Shown piece by piece: positions 18,240-33,450 of a stretch of DNA of 64,000 bases. Both the position numbers and the translations under genes were made by a program. The stretch lies in NCBI RefSeq assembly GCF_009914755.1, contig NC_060932.1; one strand, written 5' to 3'. How positions within the stretch are numbered: position 1 is the first letter of the stretch; each line of letters starts with the position of its first letter. Source of the stretch: the human T2T-CHM13v2.0 reference genome, Homo sapiens. The notes under the pieces are model-generated. The model ran no database searches. It was not told the origin of the DNA and saw nothing but the letters and a program-made list of their open reading frames with translations.

Positions 18240-19693
18240 GAAGTCCAGCCAAGTGCAAGTTCTGCAGGGAACTTACAGACAGATTTATTTAGAAAAAATA
18301 AATGTCATACTTAGATTTGAATTTGAGTCATCTATTTTATTTTTCTTGAATTTAAAGTCACATTCCTAGAATATACATTTTGAACTTGTTTGGGAGAGGA
18401 GAGAACTTATTTACTTTTTAGTGCTCTTTGGCTAAGAGCGGGACTGATGAAATCACCTTTAAAATGCCCTTTGTTTCAGATATTCTTATCGCCCTCACAC
18501 GAGGTGACTTCCCCATGTAAGCTATAACTGAGATAAAATTAAGTTGATAATCTAATGCTATCATCTGACTCAAGGCTCGTGATTTGTAAGGGAAGCTGAG
18601 TCAAATGACCTATGCAGGGATGATTAAATGATCCTAGGTAGCTGTTTCGCTATGGCGTTTGCTCGAACTTTCCCCACTAGTGAAAGTAAAGGCCCAGTTT
18701 CCCCACAGACTGATTCTCACTAAGACTCATGCCCAGAAATAGTTATCCTCAATTTGTTATTCAGAATAATATGGAAACCACCTAAATGTCTATTAATTGG
18801 AGATGGGTAAATCACAGTTTAGCTATACAACAGAATGCTATGCAGTGACTGAAAATATTTTTATAGGAGGATATTTTTTGGAAAATATAATACAATGTTA
18901 ACTGGAAAATACTGGGTGAACTATAATAGAATGACTTCCATTTTTAAAATTACATAAACATATGTATGCATATATAATACATATATTGATGTGCATAGTG
19001 ATGCAGGCATTTATTTAACAAGTGTAGATTGCGTGCCTTTTATGTACCAGACACTGGGCTAGGGGTTGAGGTTACAGACATGAGTAAGATTTATTTAATC
19101 CCTGTCTCCCTTATAGTCTAGCATAGAAAAAGGCATAACAGCAAATACATCCAATATTAATAATAGCATTTTTCTGGCTGGTGGGTAATTTGAATTTTCT
19201 TCTTTATGTACTTCTGTATTTTCCAGATTTTCTACTAAAAGTAAATGCCTTTTACAGAAAGAAAAAGACAACAAATGTTATTTTAAAAATTGAGCAGAGC
19301 TGAAAAGCTGCCCCCTGGCATGAGACTCTGACCCTGAAACTGAAGGTCAGTTTGACAAATGGAAAGATCTTTGGCCTGGGGACCAGGAGGCTGTCTGTAG
19401 CCCACTATAGGACTGTAGACAAGTGACTTTCCTCTCCAGGTCTCAGTTCTTCTCCTGTATGTTGATAGTTTGGCCCAGGGGATGCTTAAGGTCCTTCCAG
19501 CTCTAATGCTTAGAAATCTAATGGTATTTGCAGACTTTAGAAGGGGAGAAGATTTCCATAGAAGCAAATCTACCGGTCGGTAATATCACCTGCTCTTGTA
19601 ATTTTCCTAATTCACCATTTGGTTGTGGCTTCTTACCTCACACACAAATGTCATCTTTAATTTATGTGCAAATCAGTTTTTGAGCCTTTAGAC

Positions 19694-19914
19694 CAAGCTC
19701 ATCCAACCCGCAGCCCATGAGCTGCATATGGCCCAGGACAGTTTTGAATGTGGCCTAACACAAATTCATAAACTTTCTTAAAACACTATGAGATTGTTTT
19801 GTGATTTTTTATTTCACTCATCAGCTATCGTTAGTGTTAGTGTATGTTATGTGTGGCCCAAGATCATTCTTCCTCCACTGTGGTCCAGGGAAGCCAACAG
19901 ATGGGACGCCCCTG
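19694..19914. mobile_element. MER30 (hAT-Charlie MITE)
   Basis: CAAGCTCATCCAACCCGCAGCCC...GCTATCGTTAGTGTTAGTGTA...GGACGCCCCTG; 8-bp TSD CTTTAGAC/TTCTAGAC. Confidence 0.85.
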
Positions 19915-20388
19915 TTCTAGACCCTTCCTTCTCCACCCTTTGCCTTGGGAGAAACTTGGGGAAAAAAAGATAGCATCAGCTTGCCCAGGTCAACTTCTCT
20001 GTATGCCCTAAAGCAGTTTTCCATCAGTTATTGAGAAGCTTCTTCTGCCTAGCCTCACACCAGATACAACACAGGAAAGAGGCAGGCATGGCTTCCATCC
20101 AAGTAGCGTGCAATATTGATGGACAGAGGCAATGAAAGCTTAAAAAACAATTTCAGAATGAAACAATGGCATATCCCAGGCTGGTCCATACTGTTCTGTC
20201 AGTATGTTTTAGGTGTTGACAAAGGGAGACAAATAGCATGGGTGGGAGAAGTCAAGAGAAGACCCCCAAAGTCAGCAAGGTGTGAACTAAGCCTTGTAGG
20301 ATGAGCATGATTGAAATAGGTACAAGGAGAGGGGATGGCACTTCTAGCAGGAAGACCAGAATGAAAGGGGAGCAAAAACCATTGGTAT

Positions 20389-20573
20389 TAAGGTTGCCAG
20401 ATTTAACAAATAAAAACACAGGATGTCTGGACAAATTCGAATTCCAGATAAATAATAAATAAGTTTTAGTATGTCTCATGCAATATTTGGCACATATGTA
20501 TATTAAAAAGTATGCATTGTTTATCTGAAATGCAAATGTACCCAAGTGTCCTGTATTGTATTTGGCAACCTTA
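20389..20573. mobile_element. MER53 palindromic hAT MITE
   Basis: TIRs TAAGGTTGCCA...TGGCAACCTTA; TSD-like ATTGGTAT/ATTGGGGT. Confidence 0.85.
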
Positions 20574-20969
20574 ATTGGGGTGTGCTCATATGTGGATTAA
20601 CATCCAAGAAACTTACCTGTCCAAAGTGGGTAACTCAAGTGATGATCCCACTGTCTTGGACATTTAGAGGACTGTACAGGCTCTAGCACTGAATCTCTGC
20701 TGGGTTACCTTGTGCAAGTAATTCATGAATCTGTACCTTATTGTGCCACTTAAAAGTGACGATTTTTAATATTGATGCATGTGTGTTCTAGGGTATTAGA
20801 ATGAGAAAATTTGACACTGGGTAAGAAAAGGGAACCAGACCCCTCCTGTTGTCCCTCATGTTGGAAAAGCTGACCCCTCCCTTTTAGATTCCCGGCCCAT
20901 GGGATTCACTGCTACTTGCAAATGTGTTATCCCCTTTCCTTTTGGGAACAGCTGGAGTCTTTCATTTCA

Positions 20970-21021
20970 TTTGTATCTTTCATTGTCTTTGTATCTTTCA
21001 TTTTCTTTGTATCTTTCATTT
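20970..21021 (+). repeat. 18-bp tandem repeat x3
   Basis: TTTGTATCTTTCATT(G/T)TC. Confidence 0.85.
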
Positions 21022-23504
21022 AGTGTCATGATTGTTTTTCTCTTCATATCTCTGTTTTGCCCTTCTCCAATTCCTTCCCAAATGCAACTGACCCTATAAG
21101 TCCTCTTGAATGCTTGCTGAAGGGGAACAGGAAATATTAAATCTCCAATTATGTCTTCCCCAGCTCCCCAAAGCAACCTCAGAACAAGGGAAGGCAATGC
21201 GGACAGACATCAATCCATCCTCTCCTTCTTAACAGGATGGAATCAGCTCGATTTTCACTTGTGGGGATCATATGTTTTCCAAATATGAGGGTCATTTTAT
21301 TTTTCTTTGCCACATGAAACTCTATGTGAAGACCATGCCTTCTCTCTGTTCTCAGAGGGACCATTGTGGTGTTGGCACCCAGTCATTTTTATGCAATAAT
21401 GGTGAAGGATTTAGAAACGTGTGCCTTCTTGTCACTTATGTGCTTGTTTATATAAAGTAAATTCCCTTTGTTTGAGAAGATTGAGTCTTCAGAAGAGGTA
21501 ATTTGTTTCCATCTAGTGGTTCACCCACTGAAAGTCTTGAGCTTTGCACCAAGTTCTCCTGGCTCTGGGTGACTTGTGTGTCCTGGTGTGACCACGAAGG
21601 CCACGGAGGGTGGTCAAATAACACAGACTGAGCACTCAGCAGCACTGCTACTTTGATGTGATGTTTTTTCAAAATCAGCTCTGGATACAAGCAAATCATT
21701 TGTATATTACCTGCTTCTGGGTCAGGGTTATTTTAAAATAGATCTAGATGACCCCATCCCAATCTGCAACCTCTTTACATCACAGTGCTTTCAAAAAGGG
21801 TTCATGGGATTCTTACTTTTATATCCATCTTTGGAGGTGTGTTAGGGCTGATGTTGGGGTTCAATTTAACTCCCCAGGAGCGAGTATATTCTTCCCACTT
21901 TGCTGTGACACAGGCTTGTGTCTGGTCTCAAAATCAGCTTCTCGTAGAGCATACTTCATCAGGCAGCAGTTAGTCTGTGAGTTTCAATTCGGGGAACGAC
22001 ACTGGAGTCCATCCATGAAATCTCAGTGACTCCCAAGAAGAAACATCACCACCTCTTGAGATCCTTCGAAAAGCCCAACCTTCCCAGACAGACTCCTTTA
22101 ACCCACCTGATGTCTGAGTCCAGTGTGCCAGGTATGTCACAGGGTAGCTGCCTGGAGGAACATGGGCCTCCTGATTTTTGAGAATGCTTGTGACTTGGCA
22201 GGGCAGCAGGACCTGACTTGGCAAAGGCCATGTACTTCCTTTGTCTGTATTGAGGCCAAGTAAGAGAATTCAGGAACATAAATTCTGAAAGATTAGATTG
22301 AATCAGAACAAGGCAGCTGTTGTTTTGCCAGAGTTTAAAGGGCATTGCAAGGGCTGTTGGACCGACTTCTGTTTTATTTAGGGATTTCCCACCTCTCTCA
22401 TGTGAAAACTATTGCTGTTGGCTTTTCCCTGTTGACTAGAACATGGTGTCCCCCTTAGGAGGGAAGAGGTTGTGTCTAGACTTGGAAGGAGGACAGACAG
22501 CCATCGTGCTGCTGAAGACTCAGCTGAGCAGTGGAGAGTGGCAGCCACAGGGTGATGGTCCCAGCTGTTCATCAAGATGATCCCAAGCCTGGGAGCCTAG
22601 GTGACCTGTCCAACATGAACCCCTGACAACCTTCTCCCCCAGGTCTCAACTAGAGAGTTAGGACATTTCTAGAAAATGGTGGAGTAAAATTTTAGCATCT
22701 CCCTTTCCTCCCCTTTTTAATATTCATTGAATTAAGTTTAGGTTGATTAATGGATATACTCGCTTTTCCAGGAGCTTCCTTAGTATTGACTTACAATCCT
22801 GAATATGACTAAAAATCATGACGTTGCTGTTTCTCTCCATTTTCTAGTGTCCCCTTGTTTTGATCTCATCCAGGTGTGAGTCTGGTCTAACTAGCTATCT
22901 TAGTTGAGCTCAAGTCCTGAGGAAGGCAACCTTCTTCCACTCTGGGTCCCGGGCAAAATCTAAAGCACTCTTCTTCACTCACTCAGTGTTAGAATTGTCA
23001 CTGGTCTAGAACGGTTCTTGAGATATCTAGTCTACCTCTCTTAAAACCAGGCCTTCTGACTGCTGGGCTCTTTCTGCAGCACCACAGAAGCTCATTCATT
23101 ACAGATGCCCAAAGGGCAGTCTCCAGGTGCAGGGGAGGAAAGGTGACATCGGCTGTGGAAGCCCAGAAGAAATCTGTGTTTCTTAACAGCTTTATGAAGA
23201 AGGTGCTTAGGATTTTACCTTCATGCAAAGGCAGCTGAGTGTAGGAAGTCTGCTAAAGGATGGTGAGCAACTTCTCTCCTCTGGGGATGCTTCCCCCAGC
23301 TCCTTGCAGGGCTGCATGCCACATGTGCATGGCCTCTGCCCCCTTAGAGCCCTGCCACCCTTTCCTAGTGACTGTCAGTGCCTCTGAGCAGGCGATTAGC
23401 AGCTGAGTGAGGCTATTCTTTCATCTCAGAAAAAGGAGACAAGAGGGGAAGAAACAACACTACAAAGTCAGAGGTATGAGAGAAGTCTCCGGTTCATTTG
23501 ACTC

Positions 23505-24060
23505 TCTTTTTTTCTTGAGTTTTATTTTAGATTCAGCTAGGTTTGTAATATGATTGATCCCATCACCCAGGTACTGAGCATAGTACCTAATAGGTAGTTT
23601 TCAGACCCTTGCCCCACCTCCTACCCATCCCCATCTAGTAGTCCCCAGTGTCTGTTGTTCCCATCTTTCTATCCATGTGTACTCAATGTTTAGCTCCCAC
23701 TTAATAAACGAGATGGTATATGGCTTTCTGTTACTTTACAGTCTCACAAATTCAAAGGAAATGGTGAATTAACATACTTAGGATAATGGCCTCTAGCTGC
23801 ATCCATGTTGCTGCTAAGGACGCGATTTCATTCTTTTTTATGGCTGTGCAATATTCCATGGTGTATATGTATCACATTTTCTTTATTCAGTCCACTGTTG
23901 ATGGGCACCTAGGTTGATTCCATGTCTTTGTTATTGCAAATAGCATGGCGATGAACATACAAGTGCATGTGTCTTTTTGGCAGAATGATTTATATTCCTT
24001 TGAGTAGATACACAGTAATGGTGTTGCTAGGTCCAATGGTGTTCTGTTTTAAGTTCTTTG
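23505..24060 (-). mobile_element. L1PA15/16-like 3' end
   Basis: GATCCCATCACCCAGGTACTGAGCATAGTACC...GGGCACCTAGGTTGATTCCATGTCTTTG. Confidence 0.85.
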
Positions 24061-24516
24061 GGTTCTGAGGCCAATTTCTTATGGAGATTCCTGGAGAGTG
24101 ATTTTGGCAATGTGTGAAGTCTATGTGCATGTGGCTCATTCTCTTTCCTTCTCAACTCCCAGTGCTACTGAGAAGAGGGAACATTCCCAGGGGATAGCAC
24201 CCTCCTCCCACTTTGGGGTCAGATCACCAAGAGGATGCACCATTGACTCTCTGGGAGGGGGGCTTTCTAGAATCCACACTGGATGTGTCTCACTCCTGGA
24301 TGTCTGCCCCTCCCCAGCTCTGCACCGGGTGGGTCTACTGCAATGTCCTACAAGTCTACATGGTTACCCCTCATGGCTGCAGGGTCCTCCATGCATCATC
24401 CTTGTCTTCTCAGTCCTCAATCCATACCATTCCTAATGGGTGAGGGCCACAGGGTGACAACCTTCTCCCTGCTTCTTCTGGGCAGATTTACCTGGGTCCT
24501 GAGATGAAGGCCCAGG

Positions 24517-25014
24517 TGAAATGGGCTCAATTGTCCCATAGAGCTGATGTTTATGGTTTCTTTTGAATAAACATAGAAATTGACCCTCCCATTCTTAAAA
24601 CTTGATAAAGTTACATTTGTCTTATCTGAGTTCCTTTCTCAGGAAACCAACCATCAGTTCTCCCAGAGAGTATCAAGGAACTGAAACTCACCAGATCACT
24701 GCATCTGCACAATGAGATGCTGGACCCCTCACCCATCATGACTGTTTAACCAACCACCTGCCTCCGGTTGACCAGCTCCTCTTCCTTATCCTTCCCTGAT
24801 TCCCGTTTTCCTGCATATAGTTACATTTCTTCCCTGCTATATAAATCCTGGATTTTAGTCAGTCAGGGAGATGGATTTGAGACTGACCGCTCATCTCCTT
24901 GGATGCAGCACCCGATTAAAGCCTTCTTCCTTGGCAATAGTGGCTGTCTCAGTGATTGTCTTTCTGTGCAGTGAGCAATAGGACCTAGATTGAACTGCAG
25001 GCATTTCAGTAACA
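24517..25014 (+). mobile_element. Solo LTR, LTR47A-like
   Basis: TGAAATGGGCTCAATTGTCCCATAG...CATTTCAGTAACA; TG...CA ends; TSD CCAGG/CAAGG; TATAAA and ATTAAA present. Confidence 0.8.
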
Positions 25015-25425
25015 CAAGGGCTGTGGCCTGGGACACAGGGTCCCAGGGGCCTGGGGTGATGGAAAATGCCCAGCCACCCCCTCCTCTTCATCTTTGTTCT
25101 GTGTTCAGCCTTCAGTGTCCCAGAGGGGTGTTCATTTGACTCTAAAAGACAATAGCACAGTGTAAAATCTATGTTAAGATAGCATTATGCTCCGTGAATC
25201 CCAGTGGAGGCCATGGGGCCAGTGGGGATGCTGTTAATCTGCATAAATGTGTGTGTGCTAGAAAGAATAAATGGCAAGAGGAAAAGGATTCTTTTTTTCA
25301 GGGCTGAGCAGGCAGGTGTCTATTTGTTTCCGGTTTGTAGGCTTAGCAGGATAGTCATGAGAGAATAAACTTGGAGAGGAGAATCCCTGTTGTTCCCTTC
25401 AGAGGAGGCACCCAAGAATACCTGT

Positions 25426-26196
<771 letters not shown>

Positions 26197-27340
26197 CCTG
26201 TGTATTCTACCTTAATGAAGTTGTGGTAGAATTCTGCTGGCTGAGCCTAAATTTCTATTTAATACATCAACTGATAGTTTTAGTATCAGGTAATATGGGG
26301 AGTATTTGTTGGTAAGGATGCAGTTTGCAAAGCAGTGACTCTGTGCCCAGATACTGGCAGCCATCAGGGAAATGCAAAACTTTATCCTGGTTTTCAAATG
26401 CCATAAACTTCGCCAGCACACTGCTACCCTGTGTGAATAAGAGCAAAGTGTCAGCATCCTACCTACTCTCTCTGTGTGTGCTTTTAGAATATTCTTTGAA
26501 ACTGGGAGCAACTCGGGTGAAGGCAGGCTAGACGTGGGGAGGTCAGAATGTCTTTGAGACTAGAGGTAAACTTCCATAACCCTTGAACCCTGCAAGAGGA
26601 AGGGATTCAGGGGAGTGTCTTTCTGTCCTGAATTTTAGGTGTGCATGTCATTCCTGGACAAATATTTACTGCCCTCTGGGAAATTTCTGCCATGTGCTGG
26701 GCTCAAGGAAGGTTTATATTTATATTTTTGGGTTTTTTTTCCCCCTGTAAAATCCTAAATGCTTTTGTTGAACAGAAAGCACTCCTAATACCTCCCCCTT
26801 TTTAAAGCTTAAATTGTGTGATTGTGTTTGGAAATCATCTCAGGAAAGCCTGTACAGGTCTGGATAAAGGATTACTATAAAGCTTGTTATTTAGATGGAA
26901 CTCATGAAAAGGCTGAGACGGGATTGCTAATTTAACTCTTCCACCTGAATACACAACATGCAAGTAACAACCACAGCAACAATGACAATAGTAAAATCCA
27001 CCACATTAACAAACATTTCTTTCTCCCTTATGATGTGCCAGGCATTGTACTAAAAGCTTTGCAAACCTTATTTCACTTAATCCTTGAGACACATCAAATG
27101 ATTATCTAGGCAAGGAGGCAGTGGAAGAGTCTCTTACCTCCACATCTTTCAACTTCTTAGCCCAAATGGCAGAATTTAAGCCATGTGCTATGGTAAGGGG
27201 AATATGTAGGCCTGCTTGTCACTCTTTTCTCGATGGAGGACGTCTTTTGATTCTACGGAAAGCCCACTGAAATTGATTTATGCTTTCTGCCCTAAGAAAA
27301 GGACAAAAAGGCATTCAAGGACTGGCCATGTGTTTGATAA

Positions 27341-27615
27341 TTTTGTTTTTTTAGAGACAGTGGTCTCACTCTGTCATCCAGGCTGGAGTGCAGTGGTGCA
27401 ATCATAGGTCACTGCAGCCCTTACCTCCTCCCGCCTCAGCCTCCCAAGTAGCCAGGACCACAGGTGTGCACCACCACACCCAGCTAATTTTTTTGTAGAG
27501 GTAGAGTCTTGCCATGTTGCCCAGACTGGTCTCGAACTCCTGGGCTCAAGCAATCCTCCCACTTCAGGGCCTCCTGAAGTGCTGGGATTACAGGTGTGGG
27601 CCACTACACCCAGCC
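27341..27615 (-). mobile_element. AluJ
   Basis: Alu arms, TSD TAATTT. Confidence 0.9.
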
Positions 27616-27978
27616 TAATTTCTTGAACCATATTTATTATGTGTTCCCTATGCCAGAATCTGTGTTTGGGTGCTGACACATTGCTGCTAATGCACTTAGT
27701 TTAGAGATACTCTTGAACTTGCAGCACTAATTGAGTGTTAACACCTTCATCTAGTGTCAAGGAAAACAATTCATGCTTGATGGAGTTTAATGGTAAAAGT
27801 TAAAAGATACGGGAAAGGATGTGCAAAATGGACTCAGAGCCCCCTTTCATCCCTAAGAATCTATTGCTGGAGATCTACTAAGATCCTCCAAAGGATGGAC
27901 TTCTCCTTGGGCAGAGTTTCTGAAGCAGAGCACAGATTCCTGTAGAAGACTTGTGGGACAAAACAGCGGATATGTAGA

Positions 27979-28849
27979 TGTATTCGTCAGTTCTCACACT
28001 GCTCTAAAGAATACCTGAGACTGGGTAATTTATAAAGAAAAGAGGTTTAATTGGCTCACAGTTCCACAGGCTGTACAGAAAGCATGACACTGGTATCTGC
28101 TTGGCTTCTGGGGAGGCCTCAGGAAACTTACAATCATGGCAGAAATTGAAGGGGAAGCTGGCACTTCACATGGCTGAGCAGGAGGAAGAGAGGGAGCAGG
28201 GAGGTGCTACACACTTTTAAACAACCAGATTTCATGAGAACTCACTCACTATCTTATCTGTCTTATCTGAGTTCCTTTCTCAGGAAACCAACTATCAGGA
28301 CTCCCAGAGAGTATCAAGGAACTGAAACTCACCAGATCACTGCATCTGCACAATGAGATGCTGGACCCCTCACCCATCATGACTGTCTAACCAACCACCT
28401 GCCTCCTGTTGACCAGCTCCTCTTCCTTATCCTTCCCTGATTCCCATTTTCCTGCATATAGTTACATTTCTTCCCTGCTATATAAATCCTGGATTTTAGT
28501 CAGTCAGGGAGATGGATTTGAGACTGACCTCTCATCTCCTTGGCTGCAGCATCTGATTAAAGCCTTCTTTCTTGGCAATAATGGCTGTCTCAGTGATTGT
28601 CTTTCTGTGCAGTGAGCAATAGGACCTAGATTGAACTGCAGGCATTTCAGTAACACAAGGGCTGTGGCCTGGGGCACAGGGTCCCAAGCCACATGCACTA
28701 TCATGAGAACAGCACCAAGGGATGGTGTTAAACCATTCATGAGAAACCACCCTCATGAGCCAATCACCTCCCACCAGGCCTCACCTCCAACACTGGGGAT
28801 TACAATTCAACATGAGATTTGGGCAGGGACACAGATCCAAACCATATCA
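27979..28849 (-). mobile_element. MSTA LTR carrying a ~440-bp insertion
   Basis: TGTATTCGTCAGTTCTCACACTGC...CCAAACCATATCA; TSD GTAGA/GTGGA. Confidence 0.9.
28259..28686 (+). repeat. 428-bp direct copy of 24618-25045 (partial LTR47-like plus its unique 3' flank)
   Basis: By-eye alignment: about 13 substitutions, no indels. Confidence 0.95.
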
Positions 28850-28912
28850 GTGGATAAGTTACAGATACATTGGCACTGTCACATTACCTAAAATTCACTC
28901 AATGCACCTTAA

Positions 28913-29237
<325 letters not shown>

Positions 29238-30379
29238 AACCCACTACATTTCTACAGTTGGTTTCTATTTATCTGTCTGGGTTTCTATTTTCCTTTCATT
29301 TCTGTCCCAGATCAAGCTTCTTCCTCAAGTTCCCTAGTCAATAAATGAGTAAGATCCATTCCAATGGATTTATTTGGCCCTCACCTTTGAGGTCAGATTG
29401 CAGCCCAAATATCCTGAGTCATGAGTCTTTTGGCCTCCACTGAGAAATTTCACTGAATTAGTCTTGCTTTCCTGGGCTCATTGCCTCTGGTGGCTTTCTT
29501 TTAGTTGCCACTATTATTTTTCATACTTTTTTCAGGGTTTTCTTTTCTAGTGGATGTATCCTATGGCTTTTAAAAGGGCACCACATAACACTTTGGTTTT
29601 TAGAAGACTCTAAAAAAGCTCTTTTCATGCCTTTTTTAAAGCCTTATGCCATCTGAAGTTATTCAAGGGGTACGGCATGGTGACCTAGTTTGTTGTTGCT
29701 TTAGGAAAGGGATGGATTATCAGAAATAATACCTTACCATCTGGTTTCTTAGGCAGGTCTCTTAGAAAAAAGAGCCTAATGCTCAGCTTAAGTGTTAAAA
29801 TTTTATTAAGAGGTACAATCCCAGGGAAGCCAGAATGAAGGGAAAGAGAAAGGAGGTAGAGAAGGTGGCTTTTTGAACCGGCTGCTGTTTCACAAGGCAC
29901 ACAGCTAGGTGCTTGACTCCACAGGATGAATCTAGACAGGTTACACAGGAATATCATGCTTCAGAACCATCCACTGGAGGGAAGAGTGGAGAGGCGATTT
30001 ATTTGCTAGCTCCCTTGTATCTTTTGTGTCCTGTAAGTCAAGGTTTGTCCCATGGGCAGCTAAGCCCTGCACTTCCAGGTTGCATAGGTCGGCCCTGGGA
30101 AAGCCTGACTCACACCCTGTGGTTTGGCTTCAGCAGAGTCCAGCAGGGGAGGGAGCAGACAGAGAGGCCCAGGATGAGCCCTGGATGGAGCAAGTGGCAA
30201 AGGAGCCTGAGAGTGGAGAGGCTAATTCAATCTGGCCTCCTGATTTCGATATGTGTTTTCCCAATCTGAGGAGCTTGGAGATGGCCTGGGAGAGGAGAGG
30301 AAAAAAAAAGTACTTGCTTTGGTGGTGCCCAGGAGGCATTAGGAAGCAGATCTGGCTTTGTCTTCAGGGCTCTTTAAAA

Positions 30380-30920
<541 letters not shown>

Positions 30921-31129
30921 CCTTTAGAGAACAGGGATCAAACTAGGGTTCAGCTCAATTTCACTTAAGGTCTATGATATTCCCAGGCACCCATAGAATT
31001 ATTTTTTTCTAGGACTTTTGTACGACACAGGTCTTCGAGAGCAGAGGTCACTTGGATTGGCCTGATGGGTCAGTGTGTCTTGCACTCTGCCTTGGGGTGT
31101 TATTTATTTTGGGTTTGATGGGTGTGTGC

Positions 31130-31344
31130 CTTGGTTTGTGGAACTGGTTCACTCAGGCTTGTGAACTCTGGTTCTACACATCTCTTCCCAATTCCACATG
31201 CAGTGATGTCACATTGGTGTCTTGAACCTGGCCATACAGACAATATTGACACCATGGAAACTGGCAAATGCTGCAAATCAGGGCTTTTTGAGGGACGGTG
31301 GGATGGGAATAAGCAATTGTCAACATTTACCAGCATACCACTGG
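31130..31344. mobile_element. MER63-like hAT element
   Basis: CACATCTCTTCCCAATTCCACAT...GGCAAATGCTGCAAATCAGGGC...ACATTTACCAGCATACCACTGG. Confidence 0.7.
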
Positions 31345-32354
31345 GCATTTGCCTATGGCATTAGCTTTCCCTAGAGAATTTTCTGGTGATGGTTATATGT
31401 CACCGGGAGGGAAATATAAAGAGGTGACAGAAGAGCAAAATTAACTTGATGGGGAGAAGGGAAGTGTCCTGAATGAGCTCCAGGCTTGCTAGTCACTTGC
31501 CTACTGGACACCTCTGCTTGGATGTCCCAGGAACCCAAACTCAGAAGTCCAAAATGGTCCCAGTATCTCTCTGCTCCCAATAAATAGTGCTGGAATCATC
31601 ATGAAGTGTTTACTCTCTCTTCTCTCTTTGTCTTTCACCTTTCCTGCCTCCATCAAACAAATGAACCCTCGGGTCTTGCTGACAGTGCCTCTGAGCATTA
31701 TGAGATCCTTTGTTTCTTCTATTCACTTTCTTCTCTTATTCTCACCCTGGCTACCATTTTCTCCTGTCTGGCCTCCTAGCTCATCTCCTCTTACTGGTGA
31801 CTCACTCTTTTAGTCCATTTCTTGGCTTGCATAATCTTCTGGATTGCATATTTGTTCTTATCACTCACCGGCTTTACCCTGCAGCTGTACCCCATGGCAT
31901 CTCGAGTGAAGTCTAAACTTCCCAACATGCTTTGCAGGGCCTGCCTCACAGCCTCATCTCTAACCCCTGGGGCTTCCCACTCTATAATTCTGTATTTTGG
32001 TCACACTGAACTTCTGCTGCCTGGAATGGACCTCACTTCTCATGGGCTGTCCTCTCTCCCAGCCTCAGTGTTGTCAGGCTCATTCTTCCCCGCCCTTCAC
32101 AGAAAGGCTCATTAAGTCTTACTTTCCATGGGATGTTTCCTTCACCTTTCTGCTTCATACCCTCAGGGAAAGGGCTGTCAGGGAATGCACAGCCTGCTTC
32201 CTTCCAGAGCCTCATCTGCTCAGGTTACATGACCCTCTGTGCTGACACCCCTATTCTGCTTACTAGAGGCTATTGTGATGTCTCTCTGTGACCCTGAAAT
32301 GTATCTGCCAAACTCTTAAAACAACGCTATTGGAAGACATCCAAAGCTCTTCTG

Positions 32355-32642
32355 GGCTGGGCGCAGTGGCTCTTGCCTGTAATCCCAGCACTTTGGGAGG
32401 CCAAGGCAGGTGGATCACCTGAGGTCAAGAGTTTGAGACCAGCCTGGCCAACACAGAGTGAAAACCCATCTCTACTAAAAATACAAAAATGAGCTGGGTG
32501 TGGTGGTGCATACCTGTAGTCCCAGCTACTTGGGAAGCTGAGGCAGGAGAATCGCTTGAACCCAGGAGCCTAGATCATGCCACTGTACTCCAGCCGAGGC
32601 AACAGAGTGAGACTCCCTCTCTCAAAACAAAAGCAAAAAACA
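32355..32642 (+). mobile_element. AluS
   Basis: Perfect TSD AAAGCTCTTCTG. Confidence 0.95.
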
Positions 32643-32859
32643 AAAGCTCTTCTGAACTAACCTGGTGAATCCCAGAAGTTGGACCTTGTAGCAGGCGGAT
32701 GCAGCTCTTGTAGGAGATCCTGGTGCTGGCATACTGTCCTCAGACTACCATCCATGAAGACAGCGTGCATGGTGGACAGTTCTTCCTGACATTCTAAGGC
32801 CCATGGGAAACACTTTCATTCTTCTCTCTGTGCATTTGGTTTTAAAGCTCTGGCCTTTC

Positions 32860-33450
32860 AAGTACTGCATGTTCTCACTTACAAGTGGGAGCTGAGCTAA
32901 ACAATGGTTACTCATGGACATACAGAGTGGAATAATAGACACTGGAGACCACAGATGGTGGGAGGATGGGAGGACAGTGAGGGCTGAAAAATTACCTATT
33001 GGGTACCATGTTCACTATTCGGGTGATGGGCACCCTAAAAGCCCAGACCTCACCACAGTGCAATAGATGCATGTAAGACGTCTTGCACTTTTCCCTCTAA
33101 ATATATAAAAGTTAAAAATTAAAAAAAGTTTTAAAGAAGTAGAATGGATAAATTGTGGTATACTATACTTTGGAACCCTAGACAAAGAATAGGAAGGAAC
33201 TACACACAGCACAGATGAATCTTACAAACCTAATATTTGAAAGAATAATATTGAAAGAAGCCAGATCCAAAGAGTACATATATGATTCCATTTGTATTAA
33301 GTCCAAAAACAGCCCACACTCATATTCTGTTTCTTGATATAGGTACTGGTTCCATCCTAGCTGTGTTCACTTTGTGAAAATTCATCAAGTTAGTCCTTAC
33401 GCTTGGGTACTTCTCTGCATGTGGTTTTCCAATAAAAATTGTACAGACCA
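32860..33450 (+). mobile_element. L1PB/L1MA 3' end (to ~33130) followed by an older L1M fragment
   Basis: GCATGTTCTCACTTACAAGTGGGAGCT...AAATTACCTATTGGGTAC...A-rich tail. Confidence 0.75.
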
